A stretch of DNA of 64,000 nucleotides from Anthoceros angustus. Its lineage: Eukaryota > Plantae > Anthocerotophyta. The notes below the pieces were generated by a model. It searched no databases and was not told where the DNA came from. It saw only the letters and a list, made by a program, of their open reading frames with translations. The position numbers and the translations under genes are program-made. Each line of letters opens with the position of its first letter. Position 1 is the stretch's first letter. Positions 46,801-60,850 of the stretch are shown in pieces. The stretch is taken from the NCBI GenBank assembly GCA_010909165.1, contig VJWM01000044.1:806001-870000 (forward strand), written 5' to 3'.

Positions 46801-49800
46801 ATCTACTACAGAAGCAGTATCAGCACTTCCCATCCCACGGGGTGAAACCTGTTCTTCACCTGGACCTTTGTGACCTGCACCCGCAACCTCATTTTCCTGC
46901 AAACTCATATCGACCATGGGTTGTATGTCATCTACATGATCTTGACAAGCAACAGAAGAACCTCCAGCCTTTGGTTTCTCCTCGTCATCTTCCCACTCTA
47001 CGTCATGGTCAGTCCCATCTGCTAGCCCCGCTTCTGGGACTTTCAGATTCATATCTACTACAGAAGCAGTATTAGCACTTCCCTTCCCACGGAGTGAAAC
47101 CTGTTCTTCAAATGGAACATGAAGAAAAGAGGTGGTCGCCGCCGTATCTACTCCAGGTACCAATACATGTCCCATGTGGTTCATGGGGGGAAATAAACCT
47201 ACCTCCTTCCTCGGCAGCTCACTGCTATTATCAGTGTTGTGGTCCCCATCACTTCGGTGCTGATGACATGGAGACGAGGAGCTGGCCTTCGCATGTGGAG
47301 ACTCATCCGAATCTTCCCACTCCAATTCACTATCATCTGCAGCTTCTGCAACATGAATTTGGGAGATTTCGTTGTAACCTGTAACCGTGTCTTGTGGAAG
47401 CTTACCCTGACTGTTGACAGGATTCACTGCTGATACTAGTTCCTTAAATAGATCATCTGCTTCATCTGGTCCTGCACCGTTATCATCCAGAAATGAAATC
47501 TGAAGACTCCCAAGCCCTGATGGTGGATTGACAGACCCAGCCCTGGCATCATCCTCACTAGATTTTATCTCTAGTCCTTGACCCTTTACAGAATTCATAA
47601 AGTCACTCTCTGTAGAGAAAAGTTCAGTGAACAGCTCATCTCCTTCATCTAATCCTGCCGCCTCATCATTGACGAATGATACCTGCAGTCCTCTGGCTCC
47701 AGCTGATGTGGGTTCAGCCCCACTCCCCAAATCGCCTTGTCCAGAACGGTTGGGTGAGTTGTCCCGCCCTACAAGGCGATTAAAAGTAGAAGCTCCAGCC
47801 AGGGAGACCCTGACTGGCCCCAATCTCCTGACATTGCGGCCTCTGAGATTCGCTGCATCAGAACTGGTAGTTTCACTCTCCTTCAGACTGGGTGCTCTCA
47901 AAGGATCTGCGCCTGAGGTTGATGCCAAACTTATGTTTTGGGAACTAGACACTCTCGGAGGTGCTGTCTGCACTGTGGGAGCTGATCCTTGGCTCAAGTC
48001 CAGCTCACTGCATCAAATATTGAGCACAATGTAAACACTTCCTGATAGCAGATATAGCACACTGGAACATAAACCCACACACACACCATGTGGCAACATC
48101 ACAGCACAAAAACATAGGAACAAAAGCACGAGAATTACGTCTGAGGGGCAAAATGAAACATACTCTTTTTGGCCAGAAAATGCAGACGAGAAAATATATT
48201 CTCGTGCAGTTTCAGAGGCGATTCGGGTGCTTGGAACACCACCAACACCTACACCAGCAGCAGCTTGTTGAACTTCATTAATTTCACGTCGAAAAGCCAC
48301 TGTCTTTAAATAAGCCTCGATTTGTAGCTCGGAGAAAGAAGATGGTGCCTGCAATGTAGACTCCAGGAGTGAACGAGAGCAGACACAGATTTGTTAAGGC
48401 AACATCGATAATAGGAGCAATTGGCGTACCTTTGCCACACTTTGGAATCTCTGTCTATTTTCGGCCACAAGCTGTTCTCTCATCTGCAGGAATGTTGGCA
48501 CCAAGATCAGTACCTAGCTTTAAGCTGTATAATCTGGCCTGAAACTCTCTAAACCCCTTTAACTAACCTGAACCAGGAGATCCAGTTGCATGGAGGGGGG
48601 TAGAGAAGCCAACACAGCAGGATCAAGTCGCCCATGTGCAGCTGGCTGACAAGGGTGACTCCATGTTAGTCCTGAGCACACTTGGTATCACATCCATCAC
48701 AACCATGAAGGTTCAACCAGAGACTAGTGGAGACCAGCATCAGAAGCTCCTCTGTCTCATCCTCATCTTCGTTTGAGTCAGCATTAAGCTCCACCACACC
48801 ATCGTCAGTTTCCTCTGGCCCCAATGATAAGGATGCAGCAAGTCTGTTGGTCATCAGGAATAGAAATTGAAGCTACTCTTACAATGGTCATCGCATGCAT
48901 GCTCAGCAAGGCAGACAAACCCTGGTCTCCTAGCAGAGTCACAGATCCAGACCAAAGAGAGGATCGAGCACTTGTTTTGTCCATGTGCAGACGGGCATAA
49001 CAAGTATGCAACATCCAGGCACAAGTGGGACAATGAAAAATAATTTTCGAAACATTCTTAAGACGGGCCAAACTTCTGAACACAAGAACCTTACATCTCA
49101 TCCATTTGCTCTTGAGATGCAGGAGCTCGAGAAGTAGCAGGGCCTGCATTCTCCCATTCTTCCTCAGTCTGGGCCGGCGGCAGTACATGAACTTCTTCAG
49201 TATCTTGACGAGCAAGCTCTTCATCTCTCTCGTCGCCTCCACCTCCACCAAATGCTTTACCCCTTGCCAGAGCTTCTCCCGAGCCAAGCTGCTCCTCCAA
49301 TTGTCTCATTCGCAGCTGTCTCGACAGCACAAGACTGTTTCAGACCCCGAGCATGCAGGATAGAAGGCCCAAAAATTCCAACACACATGCCCTCACACAT
49401 ACACGATTAAGCAGCAACTTCTCAGCAGTCTTGCGGATCTTGGATTGGGCCTTCTCCCGTTGCCTCCTCCTAGCAAGCACCGTTCTCCGCTTGAGGGCAG
49501 GTGTTGCCCCGTCGAAGACAAACACCGGTTTCACCCGCAGAAACAGCAACTTGCAGATTCGTCGGAAAAAGCCAAGCAGGTGGGCGTTTCTGATCATGTC
49601 ACCCCGGTCATCCCGCATGGCCTTCATGAACTGGATAATCCAGATGCTAGCATCTACTCGACAGGGTCGGTTCAGACAAGACCCAGTAAGTTCCAGGGCA
49701 CTCTGGATTGGCAAACGCAGCTGGGCAGCAACTGCAATTTCATCACGGAGTCCAGCAGACATGCATGAATCGTGGAGGGGGCAGCAAGGGGAAGAGCAGG

Positions 49801-49891
49801 TACCGATTGCCAGCTTCTTGCTCCCCAAAGCCTCCACAGAGACGCGACGACCCACAGGAGCCAGCAGCTCCCACAACCCATGAACTCCCAT
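43873..49891 (-). CDS. UVH3: DNA repair endonuclease UVH3 (XPG/RAD2 family), multi-exon
   Basis: XPG-N: [23 protein letters not shown]...[15 protein letters not shown]...[21 protein letters not shown]: [18 protein letters not shown]...[36 protein letters not shown]. Basic C-terminus. Confidence 0.95.
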
Positions 49892-50414
49892 GATTTGGAC
49901 AGCGCTTGGCGACTTGGAGACGTGACGCCTCTGATGAAGATGGTTGAGCCTGGCGGTACCAAGCAATCCCGAATGATGGTGCAGCTAGGCAAGGGCAGCG
50001 GAGCCTGGGCTGGAACGGGATCCGTGGGGGGGAATTCCCACGGGCTCAGTGGACGCTAATTCATGACACAAGACGGAAATGCCAATCTAGGACACCGTTA
50101 ACGGGTTTCCTGACCTGACCTTCCCCTGCAGGCTGTGAGGCGGGGCTTGCTGAGTGCTGGGAGCTCAAAAGCCATGGCCATGGCCGCTCTCCGCCAGCCG
50201 CAGTCGCAGCGATACGTGGGTGTATGCCGTGGAAGCGCTCCTGCCCCTGCCTGGTCTGCTGGAGTCTGTGACTCGCGGCCTCTCTCGCCCCGTCCGGCGC
50301 CATCCCTGCGGGGGGTCGGCCGCGCCGGGTGCTGGACACGCCGAAAGCGAGGCCGGGATGCCGCCAGCAGCCGCGCCCGGGCTCTGCCTCTGCCTCTGAC
50401 ACAGCGCCGCTGCT

Positions 50415-53400
50415 ATGGCGCAACAGCAGCAGACTTCGCGCCTTCATCGCCTCCTCACTCTGCTGGAGTGTATCCGCTCCGCTGCCTTTCTCTGTCTCTG
50501 TTGGGTCTTTCGTCTTCTCCTGTGGATTGTGAGTGTCTCCTGTGCTGAAGCCTCAGGCTTCAGACTCTGTGGGACTTCTTTCCTTCACTCTTGGCTACAG
50601 CTGGATCCACGCCCGCCATCAGGAAAACTGCGGCACGCCAGATTGGGGACATTGCCAAGCTGCATTCTGGGGAGCTCCATCCTATTCTCAAGAAGGTTGG
50701 GCCTGTTGGTGAATTCGTCGGGGATTCAGCTGGGCTGGAGACAGGCCTTGCAGGAATTTCGCTTGGGCCTATGTGCATGTCTCCGCCTGCCCTTGCAGGT
50801 TGGGATTCATTTTGTGCTTTGAATTGAATCCGTGGCTACAGGTACGCAAGTTCCTTCGGAGCCATGAGTGGGAGACGCGGGTTGCTGCTGCACAGGCAGT
50901 TGGAGCTATTGCTGAGAATGTCAAGCATGTCACGGTTAAGGAGCTCTTGGCGATGGCCGAGGATGAGTTGGCAAAGGCCGGCTATCCTGGTGTTTGCCGA
51001 GAGACGCCGGAAACTGGCCTGGCCAAGACGAAATCATCAGCCTCTCTTGACTTCAGCAGGTATTCGGGTTTCCGGCAGGGGCGTTTCTTTCTCTTTGGGT
51101 TCTGCTGAGTGAGGGTGGAAGACTCATTGGTATGTGCTACTGCTTTCCAGTTTCGATATCCAGAAGGTTTTGGAATCTGGAGCATCCTTGCTCGCCTCCG
51201 GTGGTCAGGTATGTTACAATACAAGTTCGCCGGCCGCTGAAGAATGACAGACTTTCGTATGCATGTGTCAGCACTGGCTATGCCTAGGTGTTGTGCGAGT
51301 TCGTGGCTGAAAAAGCTGCCGCGCGAGCTCTGTTCTGAGGGCAAATCTTTCGGTCTCAGGAATATGATGTGGTAGTCGACAACAGCAAAACTCCTTCAGA
51401 AAGGCTAGCCTTGCAGAAGAAGAGTCTAAACAAGAGGCTGGGTATACTGCCTTTCACAACACTCTCTGAATAGATTCTCGAGTTCAGCTTCTGTACCATG
51501 TCCACTCGGATGAAGGCTTGCCAGGCATTACATTCTCATGCCACAAGGGTGCTGTGCAGGGCTGGATGTATGTGAGCGGTTCATGGATATTGATGATATC
51601 ATCGTTGATGAAGACCTTGCTGTACACAAAGGTGCCTCTACCGGCAATGGTGACGTTCATTCTGGAACGCGGGTCAAGCAGGAAGTGCAGTCGTTGGTTG
51701 CCAACGTGGTTCCTACCAATCTGTCCCGAACCATGAGTGCTAGAGAGAGAAACCAATTGAAGCGCAAGGCTAAGGAGGTAGTGAGAGATGGCCCAAATGA
51801 ATGGGAGGAGGGGCATGAATCACACGAACAACAGTCAAAGCGTGCTAAGTCTGTGCTGACTGACCAAGCGCAAGGAGATAAGGTTTGACTTTCAGAACCA
51901 GGCCAGGAGTCCTGGAAAAGTGTTTCAGGTTGCCGTAGGGTTGTAGGAGGGAGTAGAGTGGATTGAGATGATGTACTGGTGGGTTCGTCGACTCTTTTCG
52001 TCTGAATGATTGCTGAAGGACTTTAGCATTAATAATCGCTTGCGGCTACTGTTTGTGCAGGTTGTGGTTGAATCTGTCTTGGATGATGGCCCCGCCGATT
52101 CGGATGGTGGTGGACATTGGCCATTCGAGTATTTTGTTGAGCTTTTAATACATGACATGTTTGATCCTAGTGAGTGATATGCTTTTCTGCCTTTGGTGGT
52201 ACTCATTAGCTGTTGAATACTGATGTTAGAATATGTTTTGATCAGTTTGGGAGGTGCGCCATGGGAGCATGATGGCACTTAGAGAAGTTTTAAGTGCCCA
52301 GGCAGGATCGGCAGCTGTTACAGCACCTCAAGTTAATACAAGAGTTGGGGTCTCAGCTTCCCAGACTGAGGAGAAGGACCTGCCAAGCACTGTGAACAGA
52401 ATGAACATAGATTTGAATGTACATCTTTTAGCAGATGATGAACTGGCGGATGTTAAGGATGCTAAGCAAGAGGAGATCAAATCTAAGACGTCTGAAGTAG
52501 AGCACAGTGGAAGTTCTGTAAATCTCTTGGTTATACCAAAGCTGGAGGTGAAAGAGGAGGAGAAGTGTTGTTGTACAATTCGATCGTCTCAGTTCTCACT
52601 GAACGGCCAGGAGGTGAAGCCTGAACTGGATCTTAACTTAGAAGTGAAGTATGAAGCAGCTTTGAAAAAGCAGGAAAGCATCACCAAGGATGAGGAAACA
52701 TGGAGTCTGGTTGACAGAGTTCTTCTGGATCAGATTCCCCGAGATTGCAGGGCTCTGGCAGTGGTTACTGCAGCCGAGCAAGCCTGGGCCTCAAACCTGG
52801 AGTTTCTCCAAGACTGTTCAATTCGCTTGCTATGTATCTTTGCCCTTGATCGGTAAGTATATAACTAGTTCTGTAAGCTTCTGTTACCCTTTTCACTTTC
52901 AAGCTTGCTAATAAGAATGTGTCTGCTGGATTGGGTAGCTTTGGAGATTTCGTGTCAGATCAGGTGGTAGCTCCAATAAGGGAAACATGTGCTCAAGCTC
53001 TGGGAACAGTTCTGAAGCAAATGCCGCGCATGTTGGTCCACGACACACTCAGTGTCTTGTTGAAAATGCAGGTGTGTGAATTTCATCTCCTTTGATTCGC
53101 TGCAGGTCTCTGCCTTCAATGTCTCTGACCCATGCTATGCAATGTGGCTTGCAGGGACGCTCTGAGTGGGAAGTGAGGCATGGGAGCTTACTTGGCATAA
53201 AGTATCTAGTGGCTGTCCGGCAGGTAGGGTGCATGATTGTAAAGAGTTTGCCTCCTCTCTAAGCACTCTACAGATGGTGCAGCAGGCTGTCCTGGTCACC
53301 AGGTGTTGGCTGTTCTGGCCGCCAGGTGTTGAAAGTTCATTGCCTGTTTTCAGGAGATGGTAGCTCAGTTACTCCCTCGAGTTCTACCAGCATGTATGGC

Positions 53401-56400
53401 TGGTCTTCAAGACCGTGATGATGATGTTCGAGCTGTAGCTGCTGAAGCATTGACTCCTGCAGCAGGAGCAATTGTGTCATCGGCTTGCAATTTGGTCTCT
53501 ACCATTTTGTTTTCGCTTTGGGACATTCTTTTGGAGCTTGATGATCTCAGTCCATCAACCAGCAGGTAAGTTGTCGTCAGCATTGGGTTTCTGCTGTCAT
53601 CTTATCTCATGGGCCTGACTGAATGGTAATTTGGTCCACAGTGCAATGCACTTGCTGGCTGAGCTCTACTCCCAGCCAGACGTTTTGCAAAAGGCAGTGC
53701 CTGAAGCAAGGCCAGTTTTGGACTTGAATGACGATGTTCAGCTGGAAGATTCGTTCATTGAGGCACGGCAGGAAGTGTCTCCCAGGAATCCTAACCTTCT
53801 GGCAACCCTTGTGCCAAGATTGTGGTCCTTTATGCGACACAATATATCATCAGTTCGCCATGCAGCAATTCGCACACTGGTAAGCTGTGCATTCTCTCAA
53901 GTCCCTAGACCATGATGCACTAGGTGTGAAGAATATCTTGCTTGATGAAAGTCCAGCATCATGAAGTGTCCAATTGTTCCAAAATGTGTGCCCTGATGTA
54001 ACATGCTGATGTCTAGTTCCATTACAGTTTGCACTCCTCTGCCTGACAGTACATGATGAATATGCAGGAAAGGCTGTTAGCAGCTGAGGGTAAGGGAGAC
54101 TTAGTGGAGTCCCAAGATAGATGTGCATGGGCTGTTCCAATCTTGGGTGATGCACTTCGGCTTGTGTTTCAAAACCTGTTGCTGGAAACAGATCAGGAGA
54201 TATTGCAGTGTTCTGAACGAGTGTGGCGATTGTTGCTGAAGGTACAGGGCACTTTGACACTTCAAGACTTTCAGTCTTGTGTTTGATGAACCTGTCTGTT
54301 GGGTCATGTTTATTCCAAGTTTGTTCACTCGCTTGGTCGGACAGTGTCCAGAACAGGAGCTCTCTGTAGCAGGTACCTCATATTTTACATCATGGCTGAA
54401 ACTGGCAAGCACACCAATGAACGCACCTCTGGATATATCTCACATGTTTTTCCCGAAGAATGCAATCCAAAAGCCCCGTGTGAAGATTGTGGGAAGATCT
54501 AAAGGTTCCAAGGTTGGTCAGGGCGGATTCAATGATGCCATGTCAAAAGTGATTCTTGGTACAGAAGGTGAAAGGCATGTGACACATATGAGATTGGCTA
54601 CGTCTTCAGCTTTAGGGGTCCTTGCAGCGAGCTTACCTCAGGCAGTGCTTGGAACAATAGTGGATGCCGTCTCAGAGCTTTTGGCTTCAAACTCAAGCGT
54701 TCAGCGGCAGGTACACGGAAATCTTTTGCACGTCTTGGACATTGGAGTGACTGTATTTTGTTCCAACATTATCTTCTATGTCCTGTAGGTGGCTTCCATG
54801 GTGCTTGTGTCATGGTTTAAGGAGCTGAAAAGGATGAAAGGCGAGGAGAGCCTGTCTGGTGTTGAAGGATCTCAGAAATTGAGGGCTAGGATTTTAGAGC
54901 TCTTATCTTGTGGGGATGCAGCAAAACCCACACCAGGCTCCACTCTCCCATATTCAGAGCTATCCAGGACTTACGAGAAAATGAAGAATGAGGCCGGGGC
55001 TCTTCTGAAGCATATTGAAGGCTTGGGGACCTTCAATAGATCCTTGATTGATAGCCTACCGGCTGTAGATACATTGACTGCTGAAGCGGCTATTGACATG
55101 GTTCTGAAGGTAGAGAGTCCACGTATGGAAAGCCTCCCAGAAGGGAAGTCAACCTCTAGTGCCGACATTTTGGGCTTTAGTCAGCAAAGGCTCCTTTCTA
55201 CGGCTGGCTACTTGAAGTGCTTGCAGGTTATTTACTCCCATTCCGTTCTAGAATTCACTTTGTTTTGCTTTGGGCCAAAATTTTCTTTTGGTGATTCTAA
55301 TGTATTTTCTGGTTGCTGCAGAGTAACATGCATGTAAGCGTTCTTGCGTCATTAGCAGGGGCTATTGTTTGGATGGGTGTTCTACCTGTGAAGCTCAATC
55401 CTGTTATACATCCACTGATGGCTGCAGTGAAACGAGAGCAGGTCAATTTCTTACAGTAGTTCTGCTCAGAAAGTATGATGTTCTTTGATGTAAGAGCTTG
55501 TATGGTCCACGGAGCTTACTATGCGATGCTATCTGCAGGCTGAACTGTTGCAACAGCCTGCCTGCATCGCCTTGGCGGAGGTTATTTTTCAGTGTGTAGG
55601 ACGGAAGCCTAGTCCAAACGAGAAGCTCATAAAAAACCTCTGTGCACTTGCCTGTGCTGACACAATGGAGACACCTCAAGCCTCCCAAGCTAATGCTGAT
55701 AGCTTGCTGTATGAAAATGGAGCTAACCAGCTGGGGAAGAGTTCTAATGATGCGAGGTCGAAGATTCAGACATCAAGTGCTGCCCATGAAGGTGCGAAGT
55801 TGGAGGGCGCGATAACAAGGCATGGTGCTGAGCTGGCCTTGCAAGCTCTTTCTATAAAATTTGGAGAAACACTTTTTGATAAACTTCCTAAGCTGTGGGG
55901 TTGCATAACTGAAGAGCTGGGGCATGGAGATCCAAATGCTATCAAGGGAGAGTCAAGTAGTGAACAATACTCTCAGCTAACCCTTAAGGCAGAGCCCCAG
56001 GCGTTGGTTAACAATCTCCAGGTATAACACCCTGAACGTGATGTATCTGCAGATGTTGTCTGCCTTTGGTTTGGTCTGGTTGCTTCTTGATGTGTTGTTA
56101 CATGACTCGGTCATATGTTCCGGGTGCAGGTCGTCAGATCAGTTTGTCCAGCACTGGAACAGTCATTGCAAGTGCGGTTACTGAGTCTCCTTCCAGCCAT
56201 TTTCAGTTGCGTGCACCATCACCATGCTGCCGTCCGTCTAATGGCTGCCCGATGTCTCACTGCCATGGCTAGAACCATGACAGAGTCAGTGATGGCTGCT
56301 GTCTTGCTGGAGGCTGTCCCAATGTTAAGGGATACATTTTCTGTTCATGCAAGACAAGGGGCAGGCATGCTTGTGACAGCCCTGGTCGAAGGCTTGGGGC

Positions 56401-59393
56401 CAGAGTTGGTACCATACGCTCCATATTTAATTGTGCCTTTACTTGGCTGTATGAGTGACTCTAATGAGTATGTACGCCAGAGTGTGACTCGCAGCTTTGC
56501 AGCACTCGTGCCTCTGCTGCCTTTGGCCCGTGGGTTGCCTGCTCCCAAGGGTCTCAACGATTCTCACAGGCGGGAAGAGGATAATAGGTTTCTAGAGCAG
56601 CTATTAGACAACAGCCAAGTTGATGACTATAAATTGAGCATTCCTCTGAATGTTACACTGCGAAGGTAGATTTCATGTCGTGCTGTTTATTTTTTTGTAG
56701 GTGTGAAATTTGGGGAGTTGATTTCTTCCTCCAAGATTTGGTATTGAAGTTGCAGTGAATGTTATGGGCCTCTGCAGGTACCAGCAAGAGGGTATCAACT
56801 GGCTTGCTTTTCTGAAGCGATTCAAGCTGCATGGTATCTTGTGTGATGATATGGGTCTTGGCAAGACTCTGCAAGCAACAGCAATAGTTGCTTCTGATAC
56901 TGCGGAGCAGGTTGCAGCTCTTGCTGCTTCAAAGAAAGTAGGTGGTATTGTCACACCATCCCTGGTAGTCTGCCCATCTACCTTGGTGGGTCACTGGGCA
57001 TTTGAGATCGACAAGTTTGTTGGGAAGAGCTTTCTCAATCCGCTTCAATATTGTGGCTCACCACAAGTGCGACAGCAGCTGCGTGGCCAGTTTCGCCAAC
57101 ATAACGTCATTATAACTTCCTACGACGTGCTGAGAAAAGATGTAGATCATCTGAGTCAACAGGTCTGGAATTACCTCATCCTGGATGAAGGTCATATAAT
57201 CAAGAGCTCAAAGTCAAAGATCACACTTGCCGTAAAGAAAATACAGGCTGACCATCGTCTGATTCTCAGCGGGACACCTATTCAGGTATGAAGCAGCCGG
57301 TAACAGAAGACTGTTAGTTATTCTGAGATAGATTCGTATCCCCTGAAAGAGGGTTTTGTCCAGGATAACATTGTTTTTAGGTTACACTCTTACATTTTCC
57401 TTGGTATTGCTTACAGAACAATGTGTTGGAGCTGTGGTCATTATTTGATTTTCTTATGCCAGGGTTTCTGGGCAGCGAGCGACAGGTATCGAAGTGCTGA
57501 GTTAAGTGTACTTGGACCATGATCTGGTTGTTAACAGCACCTGACGTTAAAGCTGATGTATGTTCACAGTTTTATGCAACATACGGGAAACCGTTGTCAG
57601 CTGCTAAGGATGCCAAAGCGGCAGGAACAGATTCAGAGGCAGGAATCCTCGCCATGGAAGCATTGCACAAACAGGTTGGGTCATAGTATGTTGAGTTAGA
57701 TAGCCTCAATTACTTTTCCTTGCAACCTTCTCAACGTTTTATGTTATGATGGAAAGGTTATGCCGTTCCTCCTCCGCCGCACCAAGAATGAAGTCTTGGC
57801 AGATCTCCCTCCAAAGATCATTCAAGATCGCTACTGTGACATGAGTCCCCTTCAGCTTCGGCTCTATGAAGACTTTTCTAACTCGCAATCTAAAAAAGAA
57901 GCGGGATCTGAAGCCGATGCTTACTTACATGATGCTTCTGGTGGACCAACTTTAGCAACCAATCAGCCAACACACGTCTTCCAGGTATGAAGGTATCCGT
58001 GTGTGTCTCTCATAATTGGTTTGTCCTACTTGATGTTGACTTGTTGTCCGTGATGATCTCAGGCTTTACAGTATCTGAAGAAGCTATGTAGTCACCCTCT
58101 TATGGTCCTCAATGAAAGCCCCTCCGATTATGTTGCATCTCTTCAGTGTGCGAAGGATCCTCATGACAGGTCATCATTACATGAGTTACATCATGCACCA
58201 AAGCTTTTAGCCCTGAAGGAAATCTTGGAAGAGTGTGGAATCGGTTTGCCGTCGGCTGTAGAAGAATCTCCACTTGTTGCTGAGGGAGGTCAACACAGGG
58301 TTCTGATATTTGCACAACTGAAGGTAGGGTCCGATGTCCGTGTTCGTCTAGGAGTAAAATAGTTGTCTGCAAAATTGCATCTAATATTTTGTCTCCCTTA
58401 TTGCAGGCCTTCTTGGACATAATTGAGCAGGATCTGTTTCAGGCACATATGAAGGGGTACGTAGTAGTGTTTTGCAGGCATGTTCTCTTTTTTCCAACGT
58501 GAATGACTGAAAGTTGTCTCTTCCTTCCTTTGTACAGAGTGACATACCTGCGGCTAGATGGCTCAGTTGAGGCAGAGAAGCGGTTTGACATAGTCAAGAC
58601 CTTCAATTCTGATCCGACGATCGACGTGCTTCTGCTGACGACACATGGTAGGTTGTACCGAGGATGTCGGTGTAAACAACAAGCCAAAACCAGTATAGGA
58701 AGGGATCTTGCCTGTTATGTGAGTGACATCTGCTTCTCCCGTTTTCAGTTGGTGGACTGGGCCTGAACTTGACAGCGGCTGACACGGTCGTTTTTATGGA
58801 GCATGACTGGAACCCAATGCGTGATCTTCAGGTCAGTGTATAATGTGCTCTGCACAACTTTGGGATGGCTGATTTTCATATGGGCGAGCTGACCCTGGAG
58901 GTCATCTTGTTCCCGGTGCAGGCTATGGATAGGGCTCATCGCCTTGGCCAGCGGAATGTGGTGAACGTACACCGACTCATCATGCGGGGAACCCTTGAAG
59001 AGAAAGTGATGAGTCTACAGCAGTTCAAATTGTCAATCTTCAACAACGTCATCACCGCTGAGAACGTTAGCCTGAGCAAGATGGACACGACAAGGCTGCT
59101 CGATCTCTTCACTGTGTCGGCTGATTCTGGAAAGGTGAGCCATCAGTCTTTTCATGAGCCACCGTCACAAAATGCAAAGCAGATTTACAGGCTGTCACTG
59201 AATGTGGTCTTCAACCTTGTAGGTCAAGCCGGCAGGGAGGTCAGCAGAGGCGGAGACAGGAGAAGTGCCAAGTGCTGCAGGCGGCGGTAAGGGTCTGAAA
59301 GCGCTTCTGAACGGACTGGACGATCTCTGGGACCAGTCACAATACACGGAGGAATACGATTTGAGTCAATTCCTCTCACGGCTGAATAGCTAG
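50415..59393 (+). CDS. BTAF1: TATA-binding protein-associated factor BTAF1/MOT1 (SNF2-family ATPase), multi-exon
   Basis: [23 protein letters not shown]; WETRVAAA; DDDVRAVAA; [10 protein letters not shown]...[12 protein letters not shown]; LDEGHIIK; LSGTPIQ; PFLLRRTK; HRVLIFAQ; [11 protein letters not shown]; EEYDLSQFL..* (TAG 59391-59393). Confidence 0.96.
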
Positions 59394-59819
59394 CTAGGGG
59401 TGCAGCATGGTTCTTAGTAGATGTCACGCTCATTTTTTATAGGGACGGTCCACCGGGAACCGTTCCTCATGTGAATAAAACTGCCATACGGCAGTCTGCC
59501 GTTGTACATTAATTTTGTTTTATCTTTTTGATCCACACGAGGCGGTCAATAGCCGGAGGAAAGGCTCATCTACGAGCGTGTCGTATGTGGAAGGAGTACC
59601 TAGTGTGTCGGTTAGTCTATCCAGCGGATTCCAGCCATAAGAGGGAGGTCGCTTGTAGGAGATAAAGGATTCTGATGGGAAAATTAATAAATGGCTCCTC
59701 TACAGCCAGAATATCCACTCTTAGCTCGAGCGATGAAGTAAGAGATTTTGAAAACAAAAAATTTGCACCATGCGTGGCAACTTCACATCATCATGGTACT
59801 TCAAGATTACTTGATCTTT

Positions 59820-60560
59820 GTGAATGTCTAATATAATCTCTGTTAAATGTTTGCAGGAAAAACCATAATACGTCGAAGTATGGTTCATTATTCTCAAGGA
59901 TGGAAAGTGGTGCCTACTTGGATGATGAATGTGCACCTGCCGAGGAAGATCACAAAAGGGATAGAAATCGAACACATTTTCGACAATGACGAAGATTTGG
60001 AAGTAAGCATTTGTGATCTAGTTGGCCAAGCTGGATTTCGCATTCTCCATGATTATCTCTTTCCTAATATTCACCAAGCTTGTCTATTTTCGTTTGTGTT
60101 TAGTCCCTTTGACCATGAGTTAGGAGATATTATGCCTAACGAAAGTATCAACACAAGGTTTAAGGATGAATTGGAATACTGGCTCACATTTATTGCATCT
60201 AATGTGAAGCAGGGAAGTGTAGTGAAACCAAAATTATTGGTTATAATTATGCACTTAGATAAATTTTGAAAAAACGAAACAACTTATTGAACCACTATTA
60301 GACATAAAAATCCAACATCTAAAAGAAAAGTTTTCAGATTTAATAGATATAATTTCAAAAATAAAAATTATCAACGCTTATTCAATGAAATACATAAAGA
60401 ATGTATCACGTGAAGTATTTAAAAGCTTAAAAACTTTATGTGAGGACTCAAAAAAGGTTCCTAATATATGTGAAAATTTGGATAGAGTCTTGATAAAGTG
60501 GGTTTCAAAGAATCCTTCTCAACCTTAGATGCAACCAAATGAATTTGAAAGCTATTGTGT
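59820..60560 (+). pseudogene. ROCO (Roc GTPase, TORNADO1-like) fragment
   Basis: AGKT...TKGIEIE...ICDLVGQAGFRILHDYLFP...LEYWLTFIASN...IIMHLD; stops and frameshifts downstream. Confidence 0.7.
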
Positions 60561-60609
60561 GCAACAGCTTGAGGAATTGAATTTCTCCACTGCAGAGAAA
60601 GACTAGCAG

Positions 60610-60850
60610 GTGGCTCAATAGGGCCATGAAGCTGGAGAATGGATAGCACCCCATCCAAGTTATTGGGCCATGGAGCTGAGGAATAAATGGCACCCTATTC
60701 GAGTTATTGGGCCATGGAGCAGAGGAATGGATGGCACCCCATCTGAATATTGAACCGCACTCCATAGCAGCATGAACCTAGGTAGCCCTATAGGCCATGA
60801 AGCTGGGGAATGGATAGCACCCATCCGAGTATTGAACCGTCCCATGCGCT
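60610..60850. repeat. Degenerate ~45-60-bp tandem repeats (GGGCCATGGAGC...GAATGGAT(A/G)GCACCCCATC)
   Basis: About 4 visible units. Confidence 0.7.
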
